Shown: positions 37,579-50,084, counted from the stretch's first letter. The stretch is 64,000 nucleotides of DNA from Nitrospirota bacterium (GCA_035516965.1 DATIZR010000064.1:6724-70723), one strand, 5' to 3'. Notes: generated by a model from the letters alone, not told the origin. Translations and numbers: made by a program.

Positions 37579-38082
37579 TCATTTGCAGCGGTCCGGCTCC
37601 CGCTGGCATCCGGCTTCGCTCTTCTTTTCCGCAAGCCTCACTTCCCTCCGTTTCGAGGCCTCCCGGTTCCGGCGGCGGTCTTCTTCCGAATCCAGGATGA
37701 GGTGCGGAACTTCTTTCGGCCTGCCGCGCTCATCAAGCGCCACGTAGGTCAGATAGGCGGATGCCGCATGGCGCACTTCGCCGGTGAGCAGGTTCTCCGC
37801 TTCGACGCGTACGCCGATCTCCATGGAAGTCCTGCCCACGAGGTTCAGACTCGCCTTGAAGAACAGGAGGTCGCCGACGAATATTGGATGATGAAAGTCC
37901 ATCCGGTCGATCGACGCCGTCACGACGTTCGCCCGCGCGTGGCGGGCGGCAACCACGCCTGCCGCCTCGTCGAGGATCTTCACGACCACCCCGCCGTGCA
38001 CGTTGCCCGTCGGATTGGCGTCCTGGGGGATCATCATCTGCGCCATGGTCACGGTGCTGTCCTGAACCCGCTTGCCTTCCAT
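37579..38082 (-). CDS. Acyl-CoA thioesterase (hotdog fold, YciA-like)
   Basis: AQMMIPQDANPTGNVHGGVVVKILDEAAGVVAARH… is the YciA/BFIT signature. ATG at 38082 with AAGGAGG upstream. Confidence 0.8.
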   Translation of the reverse strand: MEGKRVQDSTVTMAQMMIPQDANPTGNVHGGVVVKILDEAAGVVAARHARANVVTASIDRMDFHHPIFVGDLLFFKASLNLVGRTSMEIGVRVEAENLLTGEVRHAASAYLTYVALDERGRPKEVPHLILDSEEDRRRNREASKRREVRLAEKKSEAGCQREPDRCK

Positions 38083-38140
38083 GAAGATATCCTCCTTGCG
38101 GCCTCTCACACAGAGCTGAAACTCAGCTCCCTCATGAGCC

Positions 38141-38323
38141 TCACGACGGTCCGCAGTTCAGTGAGCAGCTTTTTGCCGGCTCCCTGTCGTCTTCGGACAG
38201 ATGGCACTTTTTGTACTTCTTACCGCTTCCACACCAGCAGGGGTCGTTCCTGCCCGGTTTTTCTGTCAACGGGCGCTCCTCTTTACCCTTCAACAGATTG
38301 ACCGCACGTTCGATAAAACCCAT
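38141..38323 (-). CDS. Small SEC-C metal-binding-motif protein
   Basis: …[16 protein letters not shown]… is the SecA C-terminal Zn-binding motif. 60 aa. Confidence 0.6.
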   Translation of the reverse strand: MGFIERAVNLLKGKEERPLTEKPGRNDPCWCGSGKKYKKCHLSEDDREPAKSCSLNCGPS

Positions 38324-38392
38324 TGCTCCGCCCTCCGCTCGTTTTTCGATCTACCCGTCTCTCCGCGGCATCTCTCCGGATTATTTTTTTGT

Positions 38393-38653
38393 TCAGCTGG
38401 TCAAAAGTTCAAGCTCGTTCAGCAGGTTGATTGCCTCTTCGCGGGTCGTGCCACAGTACTCTCCTGTCGCCTGGTACGAATTGCACACCAGCGGCCTCTC
38501 AGGGCCGCCGAAGACGCCGCAGCAATTGTCCTCGGTAAGCTGCGCGCACCGGATTCCTGCCGGCTTTCCTTTGGGCATTCCCGGAATCGGTGACGACAGC
38601 GACGGCGCGATGCAGCAGGCGCCGCATCCTTTGCGGCATGACATTTTCCTCAT
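38393..38653 (-). CDS. YkgJ-family (CxxCxxCC, UPF0153) Fe/Zn-chelating protein
   Basis: CRKGCGACCIAPS… and downstream Cys residues. 86 aa. Confidence 0.65.
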   Translation of the reverse strand: MRKMSCRKGCGACCIAPSLSSPIPGMPKGKPAGIRCAQLTEDNCCGVFGGPERPLVCNSYQATGEYCGTTREEAINLLNELELLTS

Positions 38654-39205
38654 TCCGGCCCCCTGTTTTGTCTATTCCCTGCCTGATTACGACCAGCAGT
38701 GCATTCTGAACTATATCATAGCGGCCTGGGAAAAGAAATGGCTTACCTGCGCGCGCGTACTCTTTTTACGGATGTCGCACTTTTGTAACACTCGGGGGCG
38801 CTCTTTAAAGCTCCTTCGCAGAAGATCGCCTTAGGCTGTCCCTGAAACAGTTCGTATAAGCATTGGAATTATGGAGAATACTTCAATGCCGCCTCACCCG
38901 GCCTTGACAGCCATCGGGGGCGGTGCTATCGTTAAATAGAGAGGAGCTATTGAGTCCTGTTATAAAACAGACCGGGGTTGTGCTACAAAGGATTGGTGAA
39001 TTTCGAGGAACGGTCATTCCCGCGTGAAGGAGAGCCAGGCGACTCAAGCGACACCTCTCGAAAGCAGTACCCTGATCCCACGCGCGGGGATGACGCTTTA
39101 TTATCAAGTCAGTTTAATTGCTGCAAAGTCTTGCGATGCAGTCAACCATTCTTCCCGCCTCCCGGTTCAACGTCAGGCACCCGTTGAATGCCATGGCGGG
39201 TTATT

Positions 39206-40108
39206 TCATTTGATGAAGGTGCCGTCGCGGTACTCTTCGAAGGCAACGCGCAGCTCCTCCTCCGTGTTCATCACGATCGGACCGTACCACGCCACCGTCT
39301 CTTTGATCGGCCTGCCTGAAATGAGCAGAAAACGGAGCGGCTCGCCCTGTGCCGAAACCGTTACCTGATCGCCGTCGCCGAAGAGAACCGCCGTTCCGTT
39401 GTGGATGTAGGGCTCGCGCTCCATGTCAAAGTAGTTGACCCCCTCAACGTCATAGGCAAAGGGGTTCTTCTCGTTGCAGAACACGCCCTTCCCGCCAATC
39501 ACATAGGCGAAGACCGTGTGGCCTCGCTTGGTCGGGTGGACGAATTCGGAGAGGGCCGGCATGGTCACGTCGAGATATTCGGGGTCGATCACGATGTCCC
39601 GGACCGGTCCCTGCTTTCCATCTACGGTCCCGCAGATGACCTTGACCTTCGCGCCGCTCTTCGTCACCACCTCCGGAACCTGCGCGCTTTTGATATCCCG
39701 GTACCGGGGGCCCATCATCTTGTGAGACTTCGGAAGATTGGCCCATAGTTGAAACCCTTCCATCGCGCCGTCGTCGTCCCCCTTCGGCATTTCCTGGTGG
39801 ATGATGCCGCTCCCCGCGGTCATCCACTGCATATCGCCCGTGGTGATCACGCCCTTGTTGCCCATGCTGTCGCCGTGCTCGACGTCGCCCTTCAGGATGT
39901 AAGTGATCGTTTCAATGCCCCGGTGCGGATGCCACGGGAAGCCCTTGATATAGCTATAGGGATCGGTGTTGCGGAAGTCGTCGAGCAGCAGGAACGGGTC
40001 GAAATGCGGCACTTCGCTGTTTCCGAAGACCCTCCTCAAGTGAACCCCCGCGCCCTCGATCGTCGGCTTGCTTTTGAATACCTTCCGGATCTTTCTGTTC
40101 TGTGCCAT
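39206..40108 (-). CDS. Pirin-family bicupin protein
   Basis: …GFPWHPHRGIETITYILKGDVEHGDSMGN… metal-binding His cluster of pirins. 300 aa. Confidence 0.85.
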   Translation of the reverse strand: MAQNRKIRKVFKSKPTIEGAGVHLRRVFGNSEVPHFDPFLLLDDFRNTDPYSYIKGFPWHPHRGIETITYILKGDVEHGDSMGNKGVITTGDMQWMTAGSGIIHQEMPKGDDDGAMEGFQLWANLPKSHKMMGPRYRDIKSAQVPEVVTKSGAKVKVICGTVDGKQGPVRDIVIDPEYLDVTMPALSEFVHPTKRGHTVFAYVIGGKGVFCNEKNPFAYDVEGVNYFDMEREPYIHNGTAVLFGDGDQVTVSAQGEPLRFLLISGRPIKETVAWYGPIVMNTEEELRVAFEEYRDGTFIK

Positions 40109-40254
40109 CGGAGCCTCCCGGCTGAAGAGTTATTTATAAACCAGTATAGCAGGTTCAAGAAAGAAGGGCGTGAACAGGCAGAGAGCGTTATGGCTGAGTC
40201 GTGAGAAAAAGGCTACTGAGTAGGGTTTCTTCATGGAGAACAGACGATCGCTTG

Positions 40255-43200
40255 TCACGTCATGGCATCCGGTACTCCTTTTTTCGTCCGCTGCCGATGT
40301 TCTCCGCGGACCCGGCCGAACCAGATCCTGAACCGGTCAAGGTAGAGATACACAACGGGCGTGGTGTAGAGCGTGAGCATCTGGCTGAAGATGAGCCCTC
40401 CCACGATGGCAATGCCGAGCGGCCGCCGAAGCTCGGACCCCACGCCGTGGCCTACCGCAAGGGGCAGCGCCCCCAGAAGCGCAGCCATGGTCGTCATCAT
40501 GATCGGCCGGAACCGCAGGAGGCAGGCCTGGTAGATCGCCTCTTCCGGGCTCTTTCCCTCCCTGCGTTCGACCTCCAGGGCAAAGTCTACCATCAAGATC
40601 CCGTTTTTCTTCACGATGCCGATCAGGAGCAGGATGCCGATGATCGCGATGACGGAGAGGTCCGTGCGGAAGAGCATCAGGGCGAGCACAGCCCCCACGC
40701 CGGCCGAGGGAAGGGTCGAAAGGATGGTGACCGGATGGACATAGCTTTCGTACAGGACGCCGAGCACGATGTAGACGCACACGAGTGCCGCGAGGACCAG
40801 CAGCGGTTCGTTCACGAGGGAATCCTTAAACGCCTGGGCCGTACCGGAGAAATTGCCCCTGATGCTCACGGGCATTCCCATCTCGCGCTTGGCGCTCTCG
40901 AGGGAGGTGACCGCTTCGCCAAGCGCCACGCCGGGTGCCAGGTTGAACGACGTGGTGATCGACGGGAATTGGCCCTGGTGGTTCACGGCAAGCGACGTGG
41001 CCGTGGGTTCGTAATGGGTGAACGCGCTTAACGGTATCTGTGAGCCGCCAGAAGTGGGGATATAGATGTCCTTGAGCGTGTCGGGACGCTGCCAGAACCG
41101 GGGATCGACCTCCATGACCACGTGGTACTGGTTCAGGAGCGTGTAGGTGATCGAGACCTGGCGCTGACCAAAGGCGTCGTAGAGCGTGTCATCCACGAGC
41201 TGCGGCGTGATCCCGAGCCGCGAGGCCGTGGCACGGTCGATCATCAGCGTGGCCTCCAGCCCCCGGTTCTGCTGGTCGCTGCTCACGTCGACGAGCTTGG
41301 GAAGGGTCCGCATCTTCTGGAGCACCCGCTGGCCCCAGTCGTTCAGCTCGGCCAGGTTCTCCCCCTGGAGTGTGTACTGGTAGAGCGCGTTGCTGATCCT
41401 GCCGCCGATTCGCAGGTCCTGCACGGGCTGGAGAAAGGCCGGCGCGCCGGGCACGCTCACGAGCTTCCTCCTGAGCCGCGTGATGATCTCGGCCGCGGTC
41501 GCTTTTCGCTTGTCGAAGGGCTTGAGCGAGATGAACATCCGCCCCGTGTTCGTCGTGGACCCGCCCCCGCCCCCGCCGCCGGTGAACCCTATCACATAGT
41601 CCACGTCCGGGTCGTCCTTGATGATGTCGACAATCTGGAGCAGCTTCCCCTGCATGGCCTGGAACGACGTGTCCTGCGCCGCCTGGATCGTGCCGGCGAT
41701 GCGGCCGGTGTCCTGTTCCGGGAAGAAGCCCTTCGGAACGAGGACGAACAGGATCACATTGGCCGCGAGCGTCAGGGCGATCAGCGCCAGCATGAGGCGC
41801 GCGTGCCCCAGCGCCCAGCGCAGGCTCCGTTCGTAGCTGCCGTGCATCCAGTCGAACATCCGCCCGCTCGCCCGGTAGAGGGCCCCGTGTTCGCGCTTCC
41901 GTTCGGGCTTCAGGAGTGTGGCGCACATCATGGGGGTCGCGGTGAGCGAGACCAGGAGCGAGACCGTGATCGCCGCCGAGAGCGTGACCGCGAACTCTCG
42001 GAAGAGCCGGCCGACCATGCCGCCCATGAGCAGGATCGGGATGAACACGGCGACGAGCGAGACGCTCATCGACAGGACGGTAAAGGCGATCTCTTTCGTC
42101 CCGGACAGGGCCGCCTGGAACGGCGACTCCCCTTTTTCCCGGTACCGCGTGACGTTCTCGAGCACAACGATGGCGTCGTCGACCACGAAGCCCGTCGCGA
42201 TGGTGAGCGCCATGAGGGACAGGTTGTCCAGTGAGTAGCCGAACAGATACATGACCCCGAAGGTGCCGATGATGGACACGGCAACGGCGACCGCCGGGAT
42301 GATCGTGGCCCGGAGGTTCCGCAGGAACCAGAACACCACCAGGATCACGAGCGCGCCAGAAATGAGCAGCGTTCGTTCCACGTCATGCAGCGAGCCCCGG
42401 ATCGGCGGGGTGCGGTCGAGAACCACCGACAGTCTGACCGAGCCCGGCAGCGACGCCTCGAGCTGCGGCAGCAGGGACCGGACGCTGTCTACGGTCTCGA
42501 TGATGTTTGCTCCCGGCTGGCGAAACACGATGACCATGACGGCCGGCTTGCCGTTCACGAACCCGGCCGCCCGCACATCCTCCACCGAATCCTGGACGTT
42601 CGCCACGTCCGCCAGCCGCACTGCCGCGCCCGACCGGTAGGCGACGACAAGCGGCAGGTACTGTTCCGCCCCCCTCAGCTGGTCGTTCGTGCGGATCTCC
42701 CAGGTCGCATCATCCCTTGATACCTGTCCCTTTGGCCGGTTAACGTTCGTGCTGGCCAGCGCGTTCCGCACGGTTTCAAGGCTGATGCCGTATTTGGTGA
42801 TCGCCATGGGATTCAGGTCCACCCGGACCGCGGGAAGAGAGCTCCCCCCCACGAACACCTGACCCACGCCCTCCACCTGCGACAGCTTCTGCGCAAGGAT
42901 AGACGAGGCCGCGTCGTACATCTGGGCCCTGCTCGTTGTATCGGACGTGAGCGCCAGAATGAGGATCGGGGCGTCCGAAGGATTGACCTTGCGGTAGGTC
43001 GGATTGGCGGGAAGATTGGACGGGAGATCGCCGCGCGCTGCATTGATCGCCGCCTGCACGTCGCGGGCCGCGCCGTTGATGTCACGGTTCAGGTCGAACT
43101 GGAGAGTGATGCTGGTCGAGCCTCGGTTGCTCGTCGACGTCATCTCCGCCACGCCAGCAATGCGGCCGAACTGGCGCTCCAGGGGCGCGGCCACCGAGGT

Positions 43201-43380
43201 GGCCATGGTCTCCGGGTCCGCCCCGGGCAGGGCCGCCTGGACCGAGATCGTCGGAAAATCCACCTGGGGCAGGGGCGATACCGGGAGAAGCCGGAAGGAA
43301 ATAACGCCGGAGAGGATCAGGCCGATCGTCAGGAGCGTTGTCGCGACGGGTCTTCGTATGAAGGGCTCGGAGATGTTCAT
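40255..43380 (-). CDS. RND multidrug efflux permease (MdtC/AcrB-like), second pump subunit
   Basis: N-terminus [23 protein letters not shown]… and 12-TM RND architecture. About 1040 aa. Confidence 0.85.
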   Translation of the reverse strand: MNISEPFIRRPVATTLLTIGLILSGVISFRLLPVSPLPQVDFPTISVQAALPGADPETMATSVAAPLERQFGRIAGVAEMTSTSNRGSTSITLQFDLNRDINGAARDVQAAINAARGDLPSNLPANPTYRKVNPSDAPILILALTSDTTSRAQMYDAASSILAQKLSQVEGVGQVFVGGSSLPAVRVDLNPMAITKYGISLETVRNALASTNVNRPKGQVSRDDATWEIRTNDQLRGAEQYLPLVVAYRSGAAVRLADVANVQDSVEDVRAAGFVNGKPAVMVIVFRQPGANIIETVDSVRSLLPQLEASLPGSVRLSVVLDRTPPIRGSLHDVERTLLISGALVILVVFWFLRNLRATIIPAVAVAVSIIGTFGVMYLFGYSLDNLSLMALTIATGFVVDDAIVVLENVTRYREKGESPFQAALSGTKEIAFTVLSMSVSLVAVFIPILLMGGMVGRLFREFAVTLSAAITVSLLVSLTATPMMCATLLKPERKREHGALYRASGRMFDWMHGSYERSLRWALGHARLMLALIALTLAANVILFVLVPKGFFPEQDTGRIAGTIQAAQDTSFQAMQGKLLQIVDIIKDDPDVDYVIGFTGGGGGGGSTTNTGRMFISLKPFDKRKATAAEIITRLRRKLVSVPGAPAFLQPVQDLRIGGRISNALYQYTLQGENLAELNDWGQRVLQKMRTLPKLVDVSSDQQNRGLEATLMIDRATASRLGITPQLVDDTLYDAFGQRQVSITYTLLNQYHVVMEVDPRFWQRPDTLKDIYIPTSGGSQIPLSAFTHYEPTATSLAVNHQGQFPSITTSFNLAPGVALGEAVTSLESAKREMGMPVSIRGNFSGTAQAFKDSLVNEPLLVLAALVCVYIVLGVLYESYVHPVTILSTLPSAGVGAVLALMLFRTDLSVIAIIGILLLIGIVKKNGILMVDFALEVERREGKSPEEAIYQACLLRFRPIMMTTMAALLGALPLAVGHGVGSELRRPLGIAIVGGLIFSQMLTLYTTPVVYLYLDRFRIWFGRVRGEHRQRTKKGVPDAMT

Positions 43381-43483
43381 GTCTTCTCTTACGATGAACT
43401 CGTAGGGCAACCCTCGTGGTTGCCCCTGGCGGGCACAGTATGCGCTTTTGTTGCCCCTGGGCGGGCACGAGGCCCGGGGACCC

Positions 43484-46400
43484 CTACGTTCTTTTGAAAC
43501 GCCTCGCCAGCCGGTCGAACCAGAGATAAATGACCGGCGTGGTATAGAGCGTCAGGACCTGGCTGATGACAAGCCCGCCCACGATCGAGATGCCGAGAGG
43601 ACGCCGGAGCTCGGAGCCCACGCCGTGTCCCACGGCCAGGGGCAGCGCCCCGAGGATCGCGGCCATGGTCGTCATCATGATCGGACGGAACCTGAGGAGG
43701 CAGGCCTGGTAGATCGCTTCTTCCGGACCCTTGCCTTCCTTGCGTTCGGCTTCCAGCGCGAAGTCGACCATCATGATGCCGTTCTTCTTCACGATGCCGA
43801 TCAGGAGGATGATGCCGATGATCGCGATTACGGAGAGCTCCGAGCGGAAGAGCATGAGCGACAGCACGGCACCAACACCCGCGGAGGGCAGGGTCGAGAG
43901 GATCGTGATCGGATGGATATAGCTTTCGTACAGCACGCCGAGCACGATGTACACGGTCACCAGCGCGGCAAGGATCAGGAGGGGTTCATTGGTGAGCGAG
44001 GCCTTGAACGCCTGGGCGGTTCCCTGGAAGCTCCCCCGGATGCTCGCGGGAAGCTGGAGCTCCCGTGCCACGTCCTCGACCGCGTCGACCGCCTCGCCGA
44101 GCGATGCACGGGGCGCCAGGTTGAACGACGTGGTCACGGCCGGGAACTGCCCCTGCCGGTTCACGACCAGCGGGCCAGTCGTTTCCTGCGCCGTGGTAAT
44201 CGCGCCCAGGGGCACCTGTCCCCCGCCCGCGCCGCGTAGGTAGATCGACTGCAGCCCCCCGGGGCCCTGGTTAAATTCGGGCTTGACCGCGAGCACAACG
44301 CGGTACTGGTTCAGCTCTGTGAAGATCGTGGACACCTGGCGCTGGCCGAAGGCGTCGTAGAGCGTATCGTCGATGAGCTGAGGCGTGATGCCGAGCCGCG
44401 ACGCGCTCGCCCGGTCGATGGCAAGCGCGACCCTGAGGCCCCGGTCCTGCTGGTCGCTGCTCACGTCGCGCAGCTCGGGGCGCTGGCGCAGCATGGCGAC
44501 CACCCTGGGCGCGAGGTCGTTCAGCTCATCGGTATTGGGGTCGTCGAGGGTATACTGGAACTGGGTGCGGCTAACCCGCGCATCCACGGTCAGGTCCTGC
44601 ACGGACTGCATATAGAGCGCTATCCCCTCAACCTTGTCGAGCTCCGGCTGGAGCCGCCTGATCACCTCGGTCGCGCTGGCGTCCCGCTTTTCGAGCGGCT
44701 TGAGGTTGATCAGGATGCGGCCGCTGTTCAGCGTCGTATTGGTCCCGTCGACACCGATGAAGGTCGAGAGGCTTTCGACCGCGGGGTCCTTCAGGATCAC
44801 CCGGGCGAGCGCCTGCTGCCGCTCGGCCATTGCCGTGAACGAGATCGACTGCGGAGCCTCCGAGATGCCCTGGATGGCGCCCGTATCCTGGACCGGGAAG
44901 AAGCCCTTCGGGACGACGAGGTAGAGAAGCACCGTCAGGACCAGCGTGGCCGCGGCGACAACAAGCGTTGCCGTCTGGTGCTTGAGCACCCATCGCAGCG
45001 TTCTGCCGTACTCGGCAATGACCCGGTCGAAGAACTGCTGCGAGGCATGGTAGAACCTACCCTGCTTCTCCTCGGGCACGTGCTTCAGGATCCGCGCGCA
45101 CATCATAGGGGTGAGAGTCAGCGACACGACTGCCGAGATGAGGATGGTTACGCCCAGGGTGATGGCGAACTCCCGGAAGAGCCGTCCGACCACGTCGCCC
45201 ATGAACAAGAGCGGGATGAGCACGGCGATGAGCGAGACCGTGAGCGAAAGGATGGTGAAGCCGATCTGCTTCGCTCCCTTGAGGGCCGCCTGCTTCGGCG
45301 GCTCCCCTTCCTCGACATAGCGGGAGATGTTCTCGATCATGACGATAGCGTCATCGACCACGAAGCCCGTGGAAATCGTGAGCGCCATGAGCGAGAGGTT
45401 GTTCAGGCTGAACCCCACGAGGTACATGACCCCGAAGGTCCCTACGAGGGAGAGCGGAACTGCGACGCCCGGGATGGCCGTCGCCGGAAGGTTGCGGAGA
45501 AAAAGATAGATGACGAGCACGACCAGTGCCACGGCCAGCAAAAGCTCGTACTCCACGTCCCGTACCGACGCGCGAATGGTCGTGGTGCGGTCCGTGAGGA
45601 TGGTGACCCTGATGGATGAGGGAAGCGCGCTCTGGAGCTGCGGCAGGAGCTTCTTGATCCGGTCGACGACCTCGATGACGTTGGCGCCGGGCTGCCGCTG
45701 GATGTTGACGATCACGGCGGGGGACGTATTGACCCAGGCCGCCTGGTTCACGTTCTCAGCGTCGTCGATCACGTCGGCCACATCGGACAGCCGCACCGGC
45801 GCGCCGTTCCGGTATGCCACGATCAGCGGCCGGTAGTCCTTGCTCGTCAGGAGCTGGTCGTTCGCGCCGATGATGTACGCCTGGCGCGGCCCGTCGAAGC
45901 CCCCCTTGGCCTGGTTGACGTTCGCGGCGGTGATGGCCGTACGCAAATCTTCAAGCGTGAGCCCGTACGCCGCCAGGGCCGTGGGGTTGGCGTGGACCCG
46001 GACCGCGGGGCGCTGGCCGCCGCTGATCGAGACGAGCCCCACGCCCGGGAGCTGGGAGATCTTCTGCGCGAAGCGCGTGTCCGCCATGTCTTCGACCTGC
46101 GGAAGCGCCAGCGTGTCCGAGGTGAGGGCCAGGGTCAGGATCGGCGTGTCCGCGGGGTTGACCTTGCTGTACACCGGCGGGGTGGGAAGATCCCGCGGCA
46201 GGAACGTGAAGGCCGCGTTGATGGCCGCCTGGACTTCCTGTTCGGCAACGTCCAGGGAGAGGTCCAGGCTGAACTGGAGGGTAATGACCGAGCTGCCGCC
46301 GGAGCTTGCCGACGTCATCTGCGTGAGCCCCGGCATCTGGCCGAACTGCCGCTCGAGCGGGGCCGTCACCGAGGATGCCATGACATCGGGGCTTGCGCCG

Positions 46401-46555
46401 GGATAGAACGTACGGACCTGAATCGTGGGGTAATCGACCTCGGGCAGGGCCGAGACCGGCAGCTGCTTGTACGCTACCGCACCCGCCAAAAGAATGGCAA
46501 TCATCAGGAGCGTAGTTGCAACCGGCCGCTCGATGAAGATGCGCGAGATGTTCAT
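43484..46555 (-). CDS. RND multidrug efflux permease (MdtB/AcrB-like), first pump subunit
   Basis: N-terminus [25 protein letters not shown]…. 1023 aa. ATGA overlap with the upstream MFP gene. Confidence 0.85.
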   Translation of the reverse strand: MNISRIFIERPVATTLLMIAILLAGAVAYKQLPVSALPEVDYPTIQVRTFYPGASPDVMASSVTAPLERQFGQMPGLTQMTSASSGGSSVITLQFSLDLSLDVAEQEVQAAINAAFTFLPRDLPTPPVYSKVNPADTPILTLALTSDTLALPQVEDMADTRFAQKISQLPGVGLVSISGGQRPAVRVHANPTALAAYGLTLEDLRTAITAANVNQAKGGFDGPRQAYIIGANDQLLTSKDYRPLIVAYRNGAPVRLSDVADVIDDAENVNQAAWVNTSPAVIVNIQRQPGANVIEVVDRIKKLLPQLQSALPSSIRVTILTDRTTTIRASVRDVEYELLLAVALVVLVIYLFLRNLPATAIPGVAVPLSLVGTFGVMYLVGFSLNNLSLMALTISTGFVVDDAIVMIENISRYVEEGEPPKQAALKGAKQIGFTILSLTVSLIAVLIPLLFMGDVVGRLFREFAITLGVTILISAVVSLTLTPMMCARILKHVPEEKQGRFYHASQQFFDRVIAEYGRTLRWVLKHQTATLVVAAATLVLTVLLYLVVPKGFFPVQDTGAIQGISEAPQSISFTAMAERQQALARVILKDPAVESLSTFIGVDGTNTTLNSGRILINLKPLEKRDASATEVIRRLQPELDKVEGIALYMQSVQDLTVDARVSRTQFQYTLDDPNTDELNDLAPRVVAMLRQRPELRDVSSDQQDRGLRVALAIDRASASRLGITPQLIDDTLYDAFGQRQVSTIFTELNQYRVVLAVKPEFNQGPGGLQSIYLRGAGGGQVPLGAITTAQETTGPLVVNRQGQFPAVTTSFNLAPRASLGEAVDAVEDVARELQLPASIRGSFQGTAQAFKASLTNEPLLILAALVTVYIVLGVLYESYIHPITILSTLPSAGVGAVLSLMLFRSELSVIAIIGIILLIGIVKKNGIMMVDFALEAERKEGKGPEEAIYQACLLRFRPIMMTTMAAILGALPLAVGHGVGSELRRPLGISIVGGLVISQVLTLYTTPVIYLWFDRLARRFKRT

Positions 46556-47775
46556 TTGCTCTGCCTTTGCTGCTGCGTGCCCGTGTTCTGGCTCTTCAGC
46601 TCCACCCTGCTGCCGTCCCTGAGCCGCTCCGCGCCGTCCACCACGACGAGCTCGCCCGCCGACAAGCCGGACGTGACGGCTGCGTTGCCTTCCTGGACCA
46701 CTCCCAGGATGATGCGGCGCATCTCGACGGTCTGGTCGGACTTCACCACAAATGCGGAGGTCCCCTGCGGGCCCCGCTGGATGGCCGCCGCCGGAACGAT
46801 CATGGCATTGCGCTCGACCGAGACCAGCAGGCGTGCGTTCACGAACTGGTTGGGAAAGAGCTCATAATTGCTGTTCGGGAACTCGGCCTTGAGCTTTACC
46901 GTGCCGGTCGTCGGGTCGATCTGGTTGTCAACGGTCAGAAGTGTTCCGGTAGCGAGCTTCCGCTTTTGCTCCCGGTCATACGCCTCGACCACAAGCCGTG
47001 CGCCGCTCCTGAGCTTGCCCAATATCTGCGAGAGATTGTCTTCGGGCAGGGAAAAGATCACCGAGATCGGCTGCATCTGAGTGATAACCGCAAGCCCGCC
47101 GGCGTCGTTCGCATGTACAATGTTGCCCGGGTCCACCTGGCGCAGGCCGATGCGGCCGCTGAACGGAGCAGTGATCCGTGCATAGACAAGTTGAAGCTTG
47201 GCGTTATCGATCTGGCCCTGATCGGCCTTGACCGCACCTTCATTCTGGTGGACCAGGGACTCCTGGGTATCGAGCTGCTGTTTGGGGATCAGGTCCTTCT
47301 TGACCAGGTCCTTATATCGCTCCAGGTCAAGCTGGGCGTTCTGCAGCTGCGCCTGATCGCGGGCCAATGCTCCTTCTGCCTGGGTAAGCTGCACTTCGAA
47401 AGGCCGCGGATCGATCTCGGCCAGAAGCTCTCCCTTGTTCACGACCTGGCCTTCCCTGAATAGAACTCGTATCAGCTCGCCGTCAACCCGGCTTTTCACC
47501 GTTACCGTGTTGAGCGGCGTGACCGCGCCGAGGCCCGAAAGGTATACTCCGAGGTCTTCCTTTTTCACCGGCACCGCCGTGACGGGTGTGCCGGGCGAGG
47601 CCTGCGGACTCTGGGCAGCGCGCGACGCCTTCTGACCGCCTTTTGCAAAAAAGACAGCCAGCCCGATGACCAGAAGGACGATCGCAAGCGCCCCGACCCT
47701 CTTGCGCGTCAGGAGTGCTGCCAGACGGTTTCGTTCCGACCCTTTGTTGTTCCCGGTATCCTGCTGCATATTCAT
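46552..47775 (-). CDS. RND efflux periplasmic adaptor (membrane-fusion protein, MdtA-like)
   Basis: N-terminal TM anchor, coiled-coil/lipoyl/beta-barrel layout (…[39 protein letters not shown]…). 407 aa. Confidence 0.8.
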   Translation of the reverse strand: MNMQQDTGNNKGSERNRLAALLTRKRVGALAIVLLVIGLAVFFAKGGQKASRAAQSPQASPGTPVTAVPVKKEDLGVYLSGLGAVTPLNTVTVKSRVDGELIRVLFREGQVVNKGELLAEIDPRPFEVQLTQAEGALARDQAQLQNAQLDLERYKDLVKKDLIPKQQLDTQESLVHQNEGAVKADQGQIDNAKLQLVYARITAPFSGRIGLRQVDPGNIVHANDAGGLAVITQMQPISVIFSLPEDNLSQILGKLRSGARLVVEAYDREQKRKLATGTLLTVDNQIDPTTGTVKLKAEFPNSNYELFPNQFVNARLLVSVERNAMIVPAAAIQRGPQGTSAFVVKSDQTVEMRRIILGVVQEGNAAVTSGLSAGELVVVDGAERLRDGSRVELKSQNTGTQQQRQSK

Positions 47776-47921
47776 TCTCTGCCCTCATGAGGTATATTCG
47801 TTTTCACGTTTCTGCGGTACGGGATCGAGGCTGCGCTCTTCGCTGTATCGAGGAACGGTACCTCCGCGGGAGGCACTGGTGATGCTACCTCGAACGCGCC
47901 TGTTTGTCAATGTCAGATGCT

Positions 47922-49148
47922 TCACTCATACCGCAGCGCATCGATCGGGTTCAGCAGCGACGCCTTGTACGCCGGGTAGAAGCCGAAGAAGATCCCGATG
48001 AATCCCGAAAAGCCGAAGGCGAGCACGATGGAGAGGGCAGAAACGACCGTGGGCCAGCCGGAGAGGTACGAGAGCATCATTGCCGCGGACAATCCCGTGA
48101 GAATCCCTATGGTACCGCCGATAAGGGAGAGCGTGAGCGCCTCGACGATGAACTGGAGACGGATGTCCATCGTCTTCGCTCCGACAGCCATGCGTATCCC
48201 GATCTCGCGGGTCCGCTCGGTGACCGAAACGAGCATGATGTTCATGATACCGATACCACCGACGAGGAGCGAAACCGACGCGATCGCGCCCAGCAGCAAG
48301 GTCATCACCTGCGTGGATTGCTCCCGGGCCTGCATGATCTGGGTGAGGTTCCTCACGGTAAAGTCGTTGTCCTGCTTCTGGCCGATGTGGTGCCGCTGCC
48401 TGAGCAGGTCGGTTATCTGTTTTTCGGCCGACGCCAGGTCTTCCGCGCTCTTGGCCTTTACCATGATGATCCTGACCATGCCCGGGAACTGTGCGCCGAA
48501 GAGTTTTTTTTGCGCCGTCGTCACGGGAATATAGATAACGTCATCCTGGTCCTGCCCCTGGCTCGATTGGCCCTTGATTGACAGCACTCCCGTAACGATA
48601 AAGGGAACGTTCTTGATCCTGATGCTCTGGCCAATCGGGTTCTGGTCCCCGAAAAGGTTGTCGGCCACGGTCTGGCCGATGATCGCGGTCTTGCTCGCGC
48701 TTCTCACGTCCTGGTCCGTGAATGGCCGTCCCATGGCCAGCGACCAGTCCCTGACCGTCAACATACCGGGCGTTGTGCCGGTCACCGTGGTCGACCAGTT
48801 CATGTGGCCGTACACCACCTGTGCGCCGCCCCCCAGCGTGGGCGCGACCTCTTCCACCGATGAGCTTTCTTTCACGATGGCCTCGGCGTCGTTCATGGTC
48901 AGCGTGGACTGCGTCCCGGCCCCCATCCGCACCCCGCCCGAGGTCGTGGATCCGGGCATGACAATGAGCAGGTTGCTTCCCATGCTCGATATCTGCTCAG
49001 CGATCTGCCTGCTCGCGCCCGTGCCGACTGCGACCATGGCGATCACCGCAGCGACGCCGATGACGATTCCGAGCATGGTGAGCGCCGAGCGCATCTTGTT
49101 CACGCGGAGCGCACGGAATGAGATCTTGAGCGTGGAAGGGATATTGAT
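47922..49148 (-). CDS. FtsX/MacB-type ABC-transporter permease (no cognate ATPase gene adjacent)
   Basis: MacB_PCD plus FtsX 4-TM topology. N-terminus …LRVNKMRSALTMLGIVIGVAAVIAMVAVG. Start placed at MINIPSTL. Confidence 0.75.
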   Translation of the reverse strand: MNIPSTLKISFRALRVNKMRSALTMLGIVIGVAAVIAMVAVGTGASRQIAEQISSMGSNLLIVMPGSTTSGGVRMGAGTQSTLTMNDAEAIVKESSSVEEVAPTLGGGAQVVYGHMNWSTTVTGTTPGMLTVRDWSLAMGRPFTDQDVRSASKTAIIGQTVADNLFGDQNPIGQSIRIKNVPFIVTGVLSIKGQSSQGQDQDDVIYIPVTTAQKKLFGAQFPGMVRIIMVKAKSAEDLASAEKQITDLLRQRHHIGQKQDNDFTVRNLTQIMQAREQSTQVMTLLLGAIASVSLLVGGIGIMNIMLVSVTERTREIGIRMAVGAKTMDIRLQFIVEALTLSLIGGTIGILTGLSAAMMLSYLSGWPTVVSALSIVLAFGFSGFIGIFFGFYPAYKASLLNPIDALRYE

Positions 49149-49364
49149 CATGGCACTGACAATGCCGGCATCAAGGCGGGAACAAGACCGGTCTTCCGCG
49201 GGAACCCATCCCACGCACGCGCCGGCATCCTGCTGCTGTGAATCGGGCGCAAGAACTATGATGAGACCAGCTCCGCGTGCCGGTTACCCCGGAGAAGCAG
49301 GCGGGAGTACCCGCTTCAATGCCGCCTTGCTCTGTATCCGGCATACATCAGGGAGCGGCACACT

Positions 49365-49742
49365 CTATTTTCTGTCCTTGAACTGTGCAACCATTCCCTT
49401 GCAGGCCGGCGACAGCTCATTCTCATGCTGCTTCAAACACTTCGCAATGCCGCCCTTGCCTGGCTGCACGTCCTTGCAGAATTGCTGGACATCACCGGTG
49501 CAGGCGTCCCGGAATTCCGTTCTTCGCTCTTTCGCAACAGCAATCCTCTCTTTACAGGAAGGAGACAACTCATTTTCGTGTTCTTTCAGACATCGTGCGA
49601 TTCCGCCCTTGCCCGGCTGTACGTCCTTGCACAACCTGGCGATGTCATCCGCGCACGGCCTTGATTCGCCAAAGGCCATAGGAAGCGCGGATAACGATAA
49701 TCCGAGCACAACGATCGTTCCCAAAACCCACACAATCTTCAT
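49365..49742 (-). CDS. Secreted Cys-rich-repeat protein (two tandem copies of a 45-50-aa Cys-rich module)
   Basis: Signal peptide MKIVWVLGTIVVLGLSLSALPMAFG. The repeats CADDIARLCKDVQPGKGGIARCLKEHENELSPSCKE and CTGDVQQFCKDVQPGKGGIAKCLKQHENELSPACKG are visible at both protein and DNA level. Confidence 0.7.
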   Translation of the reverse strand: MKIVWVLGTIVVLGLSLSALPMAFGESRPCADDIARLCKDVQPGKGGIARCLKEHENELSPSCKERIAVAKERRTEFRDACTGDVQQFCKDVQPGKGGIAKCLKQHENELSPACKGMVAQFKDRK

Positions 49743-50045
49743 GTTCCGAGGCTGATTTCGTGCATCCATTGTTCTCTCCTTCTTGTACGGGTATTTTTTG
49801 CATATAATGGGACACCGAGAGAGGAATAAGGTTGAATGGAATCTGCCAGCGTCCGGTCCGGCAGCATGCATGTCGTTTTGCGAAGACTCTCCACCGGGAA
49901 GGGCGTTCGCTGTTCATCAGAGCCGTGCGATGCGAAACAGAAGATCGATCGCGTGTGGTCTGGACCGCAAACGGTCCGAAGCATGAGCACGTTCGCTTGC
50001 AATGAACTTCCCGCTTCATGTGGCGCGGCACAGGTCCCGCTGAAA

Positions 50046-50084
50046 TAAAAAAGGAGATAAGATGTTCTTATCTCCTTTTTGTTT
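50046..50084. terminator. Bidirectional rho-independent terminator (aggagataag-atgttc-ttatctcct flanked by A- and T-runs)
   Basis: A hairpin with an A-run 5' and a T-run 3', read from the sequence. Lies immediately 3' of ssrA. Confidence 0.6.
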
